Shown here piece by piece: positions 19,821 to 28,182 of a stretch of 64,000 bases of DNA; the first letter of the stretch is position 1, and each line of letters starts with the position of its first letter. This stretch comes from Candidatus Eiseniibacteriota bacterium (lineage in GTDB: Bacteria; Eisenbacteria; RBG-16-71-46): assembly GCA_963717935.1 (NCBI GenBank), contig CAVQXP010000004.1, positions 1 through 64,000 on the forward strand, written 5' to 3'. Under the pieces are notes generated by a model that saw nothing but the letters and a program-made list of their open reading frames with translations, did no database searches and was not told where the DNA came from. A program made the translations under genes and the position numbers.

Positions 19821-20205
19821 CTTCCCGAGAGAACAGGAGGTGACCGGGAAGAACCCCACTGCTCTCCCGGCTTCGTTGACCGGGCGTATTTGGTTTTTTT
19901 GCAGAACGAATCGCGAACCACTACTCAACAGGACACCGATCGAATCGAGGCTTCTCTCACCCCTTTCTCTCGTTCGGCCTCATCTGCAGAGGCCCACCAA
20001 CTACCCTACGGGTACGAGCCCTACTGAGCGGCCCCACAGCACCGCAAGATCTTTGGTCTGAACAACTTCCCCCTGGAGGCCCCTCAGGCGACCAGCTACG
20101 CATGGAGGTGCAAGACTCGCATCCGGCCGCCTTGGGGCACGGGCCCAATCTCCTCGCAAGGCCCCACTCCAGAGATCACTCGACCCCTTGATCCCCGTAT
20201 CCGTG
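19774..20205 (-). ncRNA. Putative ~430-nt sigma54-dependent structured RNA (candidate sRNA)
   Basis: Bounded by a -24/-12 promoter and a terminator; no convincing ORF; several hairpins; loop with UCACCUCCU (anti-SD); A7 tract. Confidence 0.5.
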
Positions 20206-20215
20206 CATTCTGCAA

Positions 20216-20231
20216 AGCAGGGCGCGTGCCA
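20216..20231 (-). promoter_or_regulatory. Sigma54 (-24/-12) promoter
   Basis: TGGCACG-CGCC-CTGCT with exact GG-N10-GC spacing, downstream of a GAFTGA activator gene. Confidence 0.75.
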
Positions 20232-20345
20232 CGGCCGGAACCTCGTCACGACCAGTCCGGCACGGCGCACGAACTCGCTTTGGTGCAATGGGTTACCAGC
20301 ATGGCGCCAGGCGCCGGGCTGCGCCCTGGCAGGCTCCGCGTTCAG

Positions 20346-20375
20346 GAGAGTGTTACGTCCAGAGGTAACACTCTC
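20346..20375. promoter_or_regulatory. Palindromic upstream activator sequence (bEBP enhancer candidate)
   Basis: Perfect inverted repeat GAGAGTGTTAC-N8-GTAACACTCTC, ~115 bp upstream of the -24 element; related half-sites GGTGACAC/GGTGACAG at ~20421-20442. Confidence 0.65.
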
Positions 20376-20468
20376 GTGGACGGTCAACGAGCTAACTCCT
20401 TATGACGCAAGCCGGTCTCTGGTGACACCCCGGGGGTGACAGTGTCCCCCCCGAGTCAGCGTCCGAAA

Positions 20469-20508
20469 CACGAATCGGGGCGGGGATGACTCCCCGCCCC
20501 GATTCGTG
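20469..20508 (-). terminator. Terminator hairpin of the TPR-bEBP gene
   Basis: Perfect 18-bp stem with 4-nt loop, 12 nt after the stop, followed by TTT on the minus strand. Confidence 0.75.
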
Positions 20509-20520
20509 CCCGCAGCCCCC

Positions 20521-22944
20521 TCAGGGCAGCGTGATGCTCAAGCGCTTGAGCCTGGCGTAGAGGGTCTTGCGGCTGACGCCCAGCAACTCGGCCACCCGGC
20601 TCTTGTTCCGCCCGACCCGCTGGTAGGCCGCCAGGATGGCGGCCCGCTCCTGCTCTGCACCTTCGCGGGCCGGGCGCGCGGGCGAGGCCTGCAGGAGGAA
20701 GGGCAGCAGGGCGGCTGCGTCGAGGCGCTCGCTGCCGACGTGGAGCGCGCCCACGCGCTTCATCACGTTCTCGAGTTCGCGGACGTTCCCCGGCCACGGG
20801 TGCGAGAGCAGCACCGCCTCGGCGTCGGCGCTCAGCCGCGGGCCCTGGAACCCGCCGTAGAAGGCCAGGAAGTGCCGGGCCAGCGGGACGATGTCGTCCA
20901 GCCGCTCGCGCAGCGGCGGCACGCGGATCTCGATCTCGTTCAGGCGGAACAGCAGATCGCGACGGAACAGCCGCTCGCCCTCGCTGCCACGCAGCTCCCG
21001 GTTGGTGGAGGCGATGATGCGCACTTCGGCGCGCCGCACCTTCGTCTCGCCGAGCCTCATGTACTCGCCGCTCTCGAGGAAGCGCAGCAGGGTCACTTGC
21101 ACGTCGTGCGGCAGGTCACCGACTTCGTCCAGGCACAGCACCCCACCATCGGCCGCCTCGACCAGGCCGGCCGTGTCCGCGTGCGCGCCCGTGAAGGCGC
21201 CCTTGCGGTGGCCAAAGAGCTGCGAGAGGGCCAGTTCGGCCCGCAGCGCGCCGCAATTCACGGCCAGGAAGGGCCGGTCCGCCCGGGAGGAGAGCGCGTG
21301 GATGGTCCGCGCGATGAGCTCCTTGCCAGTCCCGGTCTCGCCCGTGATCAACACCGACAGATCGGTGCCCGCCGCGCGCCGCGCCAGGGCCTCGACTCGC
21401 TGCATGCCGTGGGAGTATGCGACCAGCGTGGGAGCCCGGTGCTTGCGGCCCGGCGGGGCCACCCGCGCAGCAGACTCGGCGGCGCCGGCCGCGCCCAGCA
21501 GGCGCTGCAACTCCTCATCGGTGCGCTCGAGCCACTCGTGCGCCGAGAGTTCGGCGAAGAGTGCGCCTGCGCGATAGAGATGGCGCCGTCCCTCGCGCGG
21601 GTCACCCACGGCCCGGCCCAACTCGAACAGGGTGCGGGCCAGCTCGTAGCGCTCACGCAGCCCGGTCAGCATGCGCACCGTGTCCGTCCAGCCACGCACG
21701 GCGTCCTCGTGCCGGCCCTGGGCCCAGGCGATGGCCGCCGCCGCGCGGTGTGCCAGCGCCAGCTCGAGCCGGTCCTCCGTGCGCTCCGCCAGCCGGAGAG
21801 CCCGCTCGCAGGCGCGCTGCGCCTCGTCCAGCCGGCCCAGCCGGGTCAGCGCGTCGGCCCGGCGCCGCTCCAGCTCGACCACCAGGTCGCCCTCGGGGGC
21901 CAGGACTGCGGCCAGCAGGAGCGCCTGGTCGTAGCGCGCCAGGGCCTCGGCGTGCCGGTCGCAGTCGGCGTCCAGCTCACCCAGGAACTCGATCGCCAGG
22001 ACCTCTTCGCGGGGTGCGCCCTGCTGTCGGGCGCGCCGCAGGGCGTCCCCGAAGAGCGCCTCGGCATCGGCGAGGCGGCGCTGCAGCCGGGCGATGTTGC
22101 CGCGCGCGATGCGTACCGTCGCCAGGCGCAGCGGGTTCGCGAGCTGCTGGTAGGCCTGCTCGGCCTGGACGTAGCACTCCTCGGCCCGCTCCCACTCCCC
22201 ACTCTTCTGGTAGACGATGCCCAGGTTGAGGAGCGCGTCGGCCATCGAGGGAAACCGGCCCAGGCGCTGGAACGCCTCGAGCGCGGCGCGCAGGCAGGCC
22301 ACCGCCGCGTCCCACTCGCACAGGTTCTTCAGGATGAGCCCCAGGTCGCTGCGGGCGCGGGCGGCACGCCAGTCGTCGCCGAGACGCCGGTAGAGCCCCA
22401 GCGCCTGTTCGTAGAAGTCCCGAGCCTCGTGCAGGTCGCCCTTGCGGTAGGCGACCCGGCCCAGATGGTGGAGCGCCCGCGCGGCGAGGTCGTGGTCGCC
22501 CGAGGCGTCCGCGAGCGTGAGCGCCGTGGAGGAATGCGCGCGGGCATCGTCGAGACGGCCCAGCCGGAAGAGCGCCTCGGCACACTGCATGTGGATCCCG
22601 GCCCGGGCCGGGCCGGAGTCGATGCGCTCCTCCATCGCCAGCAACTCGCGGCAGTGGGCCAGTGCGCCAAGGGCGTCGCCCTGGGCCAGCCGGCACGCCA
22701 CCGCCCGGCTCTCGAGCGCCACCCTGCGGGTGGGCGAGAGCGTCTGGGCAGCGGGCAGCGCGAGCAGGCGCTCGATCGTCTCCAGCGCAGGGACGTAGCT
22801 GTCCGCCTGCATGTACAGGTCGGCCAGCATCTCGAGCTCAGCCAACGCAGTCTGCGGGGCACCCCCAGTGGGCAACCCCGATTCGCAGGCTGGCGCCAGC
22901 TTCTCTTCCAACTCGGCTATCCGATTCCGGTCATCAATCGGCAC
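20521..22944 (-). CDS. TPR-repeat sigma54-dependent transcriptional activator (TPR-AAA+-Fis HTH)
   Basis: ~470 aa of TPR-like repeats (ALHHLGRVAYRKGD, ALLNLGIVYQKSGE), Walker A GETGTGKE, GAFTGA, LCLDEV, WPGNVREL, HTH NKSRVAELLGVSRKTLY. Confidence 0.93.
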   Translation of the reverse strand: MPIDDRNRIAELEEKLAPACESGLPTGGAPQTALAELEMLADLYMQADSYVPALETIERLLALPAAQTLSPTRRVALESRAVACRLAQGDALGALAHCRELLAMEERIDSGPARAGIHMQCAEALFRLGRLDDARAHSSTALTLADASGDHDLAARALHHLGRVAYRKGDLHEARDFYEQALGLYRRLGDDWRAARARSDLGLILKNLCEWDAAVACLRAALEAFQRLGRFPSMADALLNLGIVYQKSGEWERAEECYVQAEQAYQQLANPLRLATVRIARGNIARLQRRLADAEALFGDALRRARQQGAPREEVLAIEFLGELDADCDRHAEALARYDQALLLAAVLAPEGDLVVELERRRADALTRLGRLDEAQRACERALRLAERTEDRLELALAHRAAAAIAWAQGRHEDAVRGWTDTVRMLTGLRERYELARTLFELGRAVGDPREGRRHLYRAGALFAELSAHEWLERTDEELQRLLGAAGAAESAARVAPPGRKHRAPTLVAYSHGMQRVEALARRAAGTDLSVLITGETGTGKELIARTIHALSSRADRPFLAVNCGALRAELALSQLFGHRKGAFTGAHADTAGLVEAADGGVLCLDEVGDLPHDVQVTLLRFLESGEYMRLGETKVRRAEVRIIASTNRELRGSEGERLFRRDLLFRLNEIEIRVPPLRERLDDIVPLARHFLAFYGGFQGPRLSADAEAVLLSHPWPGNVRELENVMKRVGALHVGSERLDAAALLPFLLQASPARPAREGAEQERAAILAAYQRVGRNKSRVAELLGVSRKTLYARLKRLSITLP

Positions 22945-22984
22945 GCCGGTGCTCCGGTCAATACGGGCCTTTGCCGACTGGGCT

Positions 22985-23335
22985 TCAGAAGCGCAGGTAC
23001 AGGCTCCTGAGGCTCAGCAGGAACAGACGCATACGGTCCTTCACGACGCTGGGCAGAACCACCCCGTCACGCACGGGACGAGCCCCGCTCGGCGACACCG
23101 CCTGGTCCGACACGTTGCGGACGAGAAGGACCCCGTCGGTCAAGTCATCCCCGGGACCCATCGGCACGTCCGGATCACCGAGCCACGCCCCCGGCGGGTC
23201 TTCCGCCAGCAACGAACTGCCGGAGTCGGCTCTCGCGACCGACGGCAGTTGCACAGTGAAGAGGAAGAGGCAGGTGGTGAAGAGACACAGCGTCAGGACG
23301 AATGCCCACGAGCGATTCACACTGAATCGAAGCAT
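22985..23335 (-). CDS. Small secreted protein (116 aa), candidate signalling-peptide precursor
   Basis: SD GGAAGG; signal peptide ending ARA|DSG; acidic Pro/Gly core (WLGDPDVPMGPGDD); basic amphipathic C-terminus; 40 nt upstream of the TPR-bEBP. Confidence 0.75.
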   Translation of the reverse strand: MLRFSVNRSWAFVLTLCLFTTCLFLFTVQLPSVARADSGSSLLAEDPPGAWLGDPDVPMGPGDDLTDGVLLVRNVSDQAVSPSGARPVRDGVVLPSVVKDRMRLFLLSLRSLYLRF

Positions 23336-23489
23336 GAGATCCCTTCCTGTGTCATGGAACAAACCACCAAACCGCCCGGCCTGTCGTGACTTCTCCCGCA
23401 GAGAGGGGTCGCCGTCCTGGAGTGAGGCCTGGACACGGGGTAACCCCCATCTCCGCAGACGCCGTTCGCGGGCAGCCCGGTACAACAAG

Positions 23490-23519
23490 AGCGTAGCCCC
23501 GCAGCGCCCGATGGGTCAA
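23490..23519 (-). promoter_or_regulatory. Putative sigma70 promoter of the precursor-bEBP operon
   Basis: TTGACC - 18 nt - TACGCT. Confidence 0.5.
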
Positions 23520-23639
23520 GGGGATGTTGCATTTCTGGTCCCTGGCCGGTCCGCCGTCGTCCCCGACAAGGCCGCGGGACGAGCCCCCCGGGGGGGAGGC
23601 CTCGTCCCGGAATCCGCCGGCCGGCCGGGAACCGACCGG

Positions 23640-25058
23640 CTAGCGCCGCTTGAGCCTGGGCGGTTGTCCCTTGACGTCTTCCAGCACCACGCCGAACTCA
23701 CCCAGAAGCCGCTGCCTCAGGGCGTCCGACCGCGCCCAGTCACGCTCCCCGCGGGCCTGCTCGCGCTCCTCGACCAGCGCCAGGACCTCGGGCTGCCAGG
23801 TCTCCCCGGCCGGCTTCCTCCAGAAGAGCCCGAGCACGCTACCCAGGTCCAGCAGGGCCCTGCCAGCCGCGGGGGCCCCGGGCGAGCCCTCGTCCAGCGC
23901 CCGGTTCACCTCGCGCGACAGGTCGAACAGGTGCCCGATGGCCTTCGCGCTGTTGAAGTCGTCCTCCATGGCCTCGTGGAAGAGCCGCCGGCACTCGGCC
24001 ACCGCCCGGCCCAGCTCCCCCGTCTGGGCCGGCTCGGGAGGCGCGTCCCACGCCCCTGCCCGCGCGAGCACCCCGAGCAACCGCTGGTGGGCCACCGCCG
24101 CCTCGGCCAGCCGCTCCTCGTTGAACTCGAGCGGGCTGCGGTAGTGGGTCGAGAGCAGGTAGTAGCGCACCACCTCGGGGTCGGTGCGGGCGGCGATCTC
24201 GTCCACGTAGAAGAGGCTGCCGGTCCCGGTGCTCTTCGAGATCTTGTCTCCGCCGGTCGTCACCATGCCGTTCTCGGTCCAGAAGTTCGCGAACGGCTTG
24301 CCCGTGGCGCCCTCGCTCTGGGCGATCTCGTTCTCGTGGTGCGGGAAGATGAGGTCCTGCCCACCACCGTGGATGTCCAGGGTCTCGCCCAGGTACTTCA
24401 TGCTCATGGCCGAGCACTCGATGTGCCAGCCGGGCCGCCCGGGGCCCCACGGGCTGTCCCAGGCCGGCTCGCCCGGCTTGGCGCCCTTCCACAGCGCGAA
24501 GTCGAGCGGATCGCGCTTCTCCTCCCCGACCTTGGCCCTGTCGCCGGCCTTCTCGCGCTCGCTCGCGCGCACCTCGTCAAGGCTGCGGCCCGAGAGCTTC
24601 CCGTAGTCGGCCTTCGAGCGCACGTCGAAATAGACGTCGCCGCCCGCCGCGTAGGCGTGGCCCTTCTCGATCAGGCGGCCGATCAGCTCGAACATCTCGG
24701 CGATGTGCCGGGTGGCGCGCGGATAGTGGGTGGCGGCCAGGATGTTGTGCAGCGCGGCGCCCTCCAGGTAGGCCGTGATGTTGCGCTCGCTGACCGAGGT
24801 GTAGTCCACGCCCTCCTTCGACGCCTTGCTGATGATCTTGTCGTCCACGTCGGTGAAGTTGTAGACGTACGTCACCTCGTAGCCGAGGTACAGGAGGTAA
24901 CGGCGCATCAGGTCGCCCGAGAGCGAGGCGCGGATGTGTCCGACGTGGGGCTTGTCCTGCACCGTCATGCCGCACACGTACATGCCCACGCGGCCGGGGT
25001 GGACGGGGACGAACTCGCGCTTCTCGCGCGTCAGCGTGTCGTAGATGCGCAGCGTCAC
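23640..25058 (-). CDS. cysS: Cysteine--tRNA ligase
   Basis: MYVCGMT, HVGH, PGWHIECSAM, DIHGGGQDLIFPHHENE, KISKS; GTG overlaps the mscS stop. Confidence 0.97.
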   Translation of the reverse strand: MTLRIYDTLTREKREFVPVHPGRVGMYVCGMTVQDKPHVGHIRASLSGDLMRRYLLYLGYEVTYVYNFTDVDDKIISKASKEGVDYTSVSERNITAYLEGAALHNILAATHYPRATRHIAEMFELIGRLIEKGHAYAAGGDVYFDVRSKADYGKLSGRSLDEVRASEREKAGDRAKVGEEKRDPLDFALWKGAKPGEPAWDSPWGPGRPGWHIECSAMSMKYLGETLDIHGGGQDLIFPHHENEIAQSEGATGKPFANFWTENGMVTTGGDKISKSTGTGSLFYVDEIAARTDPEVVRYYLLSTHYRSPLEFNEERLAEAAVAHQRLLGVLARAGAWDAPPEPAQTGELGRAVAECRRLFHEAMEDDFNSAKAIGHLFDLSREVNRALDEGSPGAPAAGRALLDLGSVLGLFWRKPAGETWQPEVLALVEEREQARGERDWARSDALRQRLLGEFGVVLEDVKGQPPRLKRR

Positions 25059-25963
25059 GGATTCTCCCGGGTGGTGGTGGTGGCCGCCGGGACGAGCCCG
25101 GCCGGCCGCGGGGTGATGGCGATCTCGCGGCTCGTCCCGGTGCGGATGCTCCCCGCGACGAGCGCCTCGTGGCTCCGCAGCCGCAGCTCGCGCGCGACCT
25201 GGAAGGCGTTGGGCCCCGGCCGGGACCGCACCGCCATGCGCAACTGGGCCTCGGAACCGGCCAGCGACTCGACGCCCCACAGTTCGGCGGGCTCGATCAG
25301 CCGCTCGCGCCAGGCGGGCTCGGCGTTCAGTCCGTCCACGACCTCACGGCACAGCCGCAGCGCCCGCCCGAGGTCCTCGTTGGCCCCCACGGGCACGTCC
25401 ACGGTGAGCTGGTTCCAGTCGCGGCTGCGGTTCGTGACCGTCTTGAACTCGCCGTTCGGCACGTAGTGGACGAAGCCGTCGAAGCCGCGCAGCCGCGTGC
25501 TGCGCAGGGTCACCTCCTCGACCAGCGCCGGCTGGCCGCCGACCTCGACCAGCTCGCCCACGGCGAACTGGTTCTCGATCAGGATGAAGTAGCCGGCGAT
25601 CAGGTCGCGCACCAGCGTCTGCGCGCCGAAGCCCAGCGCCACGCCGAGGATCCCCGCGCCCGCCAGCAGCGGTCTCACATCCCAGCCGAGGATGGCGAGC
25701 ACATGGATGGAAGCCCCGGCCCAGACCGCGGTCGTCAACAGGCTGCGCAGGGTCTGGCCGATCGTCTGCGCGCGCTGCGCGCTGCCCGGCCGGTCGCGGC
25801 CGGCACGAGCCATCCAGTGCTGCACGCGGCCCACCAGCAGCCAGGCGAGCTGCATGAGCAGGAACGCGCCGCCCACGGTCAACGCGACGCGGATCCCCAT
25901 CTCGGCGAGCTTCTCCGACTCGGGGAGGAGGCGCAGGACCGGCAGGAACGCAGGCAGGCTCAT
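25055..25963 (-). CDS. Small-conductance mechanosensitive channel family protein
   Basis: TM helices; AGAGILGVALGFGAQTLVRDLIAG, VEEVTLRST, YVPNG. Confidence 0.92.
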   Translation of the reverse strand: MSLPAFLPVLRLLPESEKLAEMGIRVALTVGGAFLLMQLAWLLVGRVQHWMARAGRDRPGSAQRAQTIGQTLRSLLTTAVWAGASIHVLAILGWDVRPLLAGAGILGVALGFGAQTLVRDLIAGYFILIENQFAVGELVEVGGQPALVEEVTLRSTRLRGFDGFVHYVPNGEFKTVTNRSRDWNQLTVDVPVGANEDLGRALRLCREVVDGLNAEPAWRERLIEPAELWGVESLAGSEAQLRMAVRSRPGPNAFQVARELRLRSHEALVAGSIRTGTSREIAITPRPAGLVPAATTTTRENP

Positions 25964-26024
25964 GAGGTCACTCGCAGGAACGGAGGCCCGGGCGCCGGGA
26001 AGCCGACGCCCGGACCTCGCCAGG

Positions 26025-27110
26025 TCAGACCAGGCCGTCGACCGTCCTGCGGTCGAGGCGCTTCACCAGCGCCATCAGCAGCTTCACGGCCATCTCGAAG
26101 TCCCTCCGGCTGATGATGCTGACGTGGCTGTGGATGTAGCGGGCCGGGACCCCCATCGAGAGCGTGGGCACGCCCTGGCCGTTCAGGTGGATGCGGCCCG
26201 CGTCCGTGCCGCCCCGCTCCACCGCCTCGAACTGCAGCGGGATCCGCAGCTTCTTCGCGGTGTCGACCACCAGGTCGAGCAGCCCGCGGCTGGGGATCGC
26301 ACTGGCGTCATAGACCACGATCAGCGGGCCACCGCCCAGCTTCTCGTCGCCATCGGCGCCCGGCGTGTCGTGCGCGATGCCCACGTCCAGCGCCAGCCCC
26401 ACGTCGGGCTGGATCTTGAAGGCCGAGGTCTGCGCTCCCCGCATGCCGACCTCCTCCTGCACCGTGCCCACCGCGTAGAGCGTGTTCGGGTGCGGCACGC
26501 CCCGGAGCCGCCGCAGGACCTCGGCCGCGATGGCGCAGCCGATGCGGTTGTCCCACGCCTTGGCGAGCAGCAGGTCGGGATTCGCCATGACCGTGAAGGG
26601 CGACTCGGGCACGATCGGGTCGCCCGGGCGGATGTCGAGATGCTTGCGCACGTCCCAGTCGGACGAGGCGCCCACGTCGATGTAGAGATCCTTGATCTCG
26701 AGGACCTTGCGGCGGTCCTCCTCGCGCAGCTCGTGCGGGGGCTTCGAGCCCACCACACCCGCCACGTCGCCCTGGCGGGTCTTGATGACGAGCCGCTGGG
26801 CCAGCACCACGTGGCCCCACCAGCCGCCGAGCGGCAGGAACTTGACGAAGCCCTCCTTGGTGACCGACTTCACCATGAAGCCCACCTCGTCCAGGTGGCC
26901 CGCCAGCATGACGCGCGGCGGCTCGGGCGTGCGGGCGCCACGCGCCCGGGGCGCGCCGCGCTTCTCGCAGATGAAGCTGCCGAGCCGGTCGTGGCTGATG
27001 GTCCCGACGCCCTTGAGGTGGCGCTCCAGCACGCGGACCACCGGGCTCTCGGCGCCCGGCGTACCGTGCGCCTCGACCAGGTCCTTCAGGAAGTGCAGCG
27101 TCTTGTCCAT
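26025..27110 (-). CDS. M42 family metallopeptidase
   Basis: MLAGHLDEVG, KAWDNRIG, TVQEEVG, GGTDAG, RYIHS. Confidence 0.93.
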   Translation of the reverse strand: MDKTLHFLKDLVEAHGTPGAESPVVRVLERHLKGVGTISHDRLGSFICEKRGAPRARGARTPEPPRVMLAGHLDEVGFMVKSVTKEGFVKFLPLGGWWGHVVLAQRLVIKTRQGDVAGVVGSKPPHELREEDRRKVLEIKDLYIDVGASSDWDVRKHLDIRPGDPIVPESPFTVMANPDLLLAKAWDNRIGCAIAAEVLRRLRGVPHPNTLYAVGTVQEEVGMRGAQTSAFKIQPDVGLALDVGIAHDTPGADGDEKLGGGPLIVVYDASAIPSRGLLDLVVDTAKKLRIPLQFEAVERGGTDAGRIHLNGQGVPTLSMGVPARYIHSHVSIISRRDFEMAVKLLMALVKRLDRRTVDGLV

Positions 27111-27127
27111 GGGGCCTCCTTGGAGGA

Positions 27128-28129
27128 TCAGCTCTGCGGTGCGGCCACGGCCGCCAGCCCGAGCGTGCGCGCGACGACGTCTTCATAGGAGAGCCCCACC
27201 GCCCGGGCCGCCATCGGCACGAGGCTGGTCGGGGTCATCCCCGGGATGGTGTTCACCTCGAGGCACGAGGGCTCGCCCTGCGGGGACAGGCGGAAGTCCA
27301 CGCGCGACACGCCGGTGCAGCCCAGCACCCGTGCCGCGCGCAGCCCCAGATCGCGGATGCGCCCGGCCAGCGGCTCCGGCAGGTCCGCCGGGCAGAAGTA
27401 GTCCGTGCGTCCCTTCGTGTACTTGTTCTCGTAGTCGTAGAAACCTTCCTTGGGGCAGATCTCGACGATGGGCAACGCCTCGTCGCCCAGCACCGCGACC
27501 GTCAGCTCGCGGCCCGGGATGTACTCCTCGATGAGGACGACGTCGCCGTGGAGCGCGGCCTCCATGAAGGCCGGCTCGAGGTCCGCCGCGCGCTCGACGA
27601 TGGTGAGCGCGACGCTCGAGCCCTCTTCGCTGGGCTTGACCACGACCGGCAGCCCGCCGCAGGCCTCGAGATCCCGGGCATCCGGCGGTTCTCCCGCGCG
27701 GCGCACGGACCAGCGCGGTGTCGGCACGCCGTCGTGCACGAACATGCGCTTCGACATCACCTTGTCCATGGCGAGCGCGCTCGCGAGCACGCCGGAGCCG
27801 GTGTAGCGCTTGCCCGCCAGCTCGAGCAGGGCCTGGATGCGGCCGTCCTCGCCGAAGGTGCCGTGCAGCGCGATGTACACGATGTCCGCCTCGCGCACCG
27901 CCGGCACCTCCACGACGCCCACCTGCGCCCGCAACGGCAGGCGCCCCACCACGGCGGCCGGTCGCGCTCCGGCTTCTTCGCCGTCGGCCGGGAGCAGCGC
28001 GCCGTCGGCGGCATCCACCGAGGTCACCTCGTGGCCCAGCGCGCGCAGCGCGCGCGCCACCCCCTGTCCCGTCTTGAGCGAGATCTCGCGCTCCGAAGAA
28101 CGTCCCCCCATCAGCACCGCCACCTTCAT
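27128..28129 (-). CDS. ddl: D-alanine--D-alanine ligase
   Basis: GGRSSEREISL, LHGTFGEDG, MDKVMSK, YDYENKY, LEVNTIPGMT. Confidence 0.96.
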   Translation of the reverse strand: MKVAVLMGGRSSEREISLKTGQGVARALRALGHEVTSVDAADGALLPADGEEAGARPAAVVGRLPLRAQVGVVEVPAVREADIVYIALHGTFGEDGRIQALLELAGKRYTGSGVLASALAMDKVMSKRMFVHDGVPTPRWSVRRAGEPPDARDLEACGGLPVVVKPSEEGSSVALTIVERAADLEPAFMEAALHGDVVLIEEYIPGRELTVAVLGDEALPIVEICPKEGFYDYENKYTKGRTDYFCPADLPEPLAGRIRDLGLRAARVLGCTGVSRVDFRLSPQGEPSCLEVNTIPGMTPTSLVPMAARAVGLSYEDVVARTLGLAAVAAPQS

Positions 28130-28182
28130 CCCCATCCTCCTGCCCGGGCTTCCCTGCCGGGCATTGTTCCGCAGCGCACTTC

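Noticed and set aside
19957..20148. 63-aa Cys-rich ORF as a RiPP precursor downstream of the sigma54 promoter
   Set aside because: The GAGGAGA lies directly against the TTG (no spacing), codon use is non-host and no modifying enzymes are nearby; not fully excluded.
19582..23600. Genomic island integrated at tRNA-Thr(TGT)
   Set aside because: The module lies on the 5' side of the tRNA, with no integrase and no duplicated tRNA 3' end.
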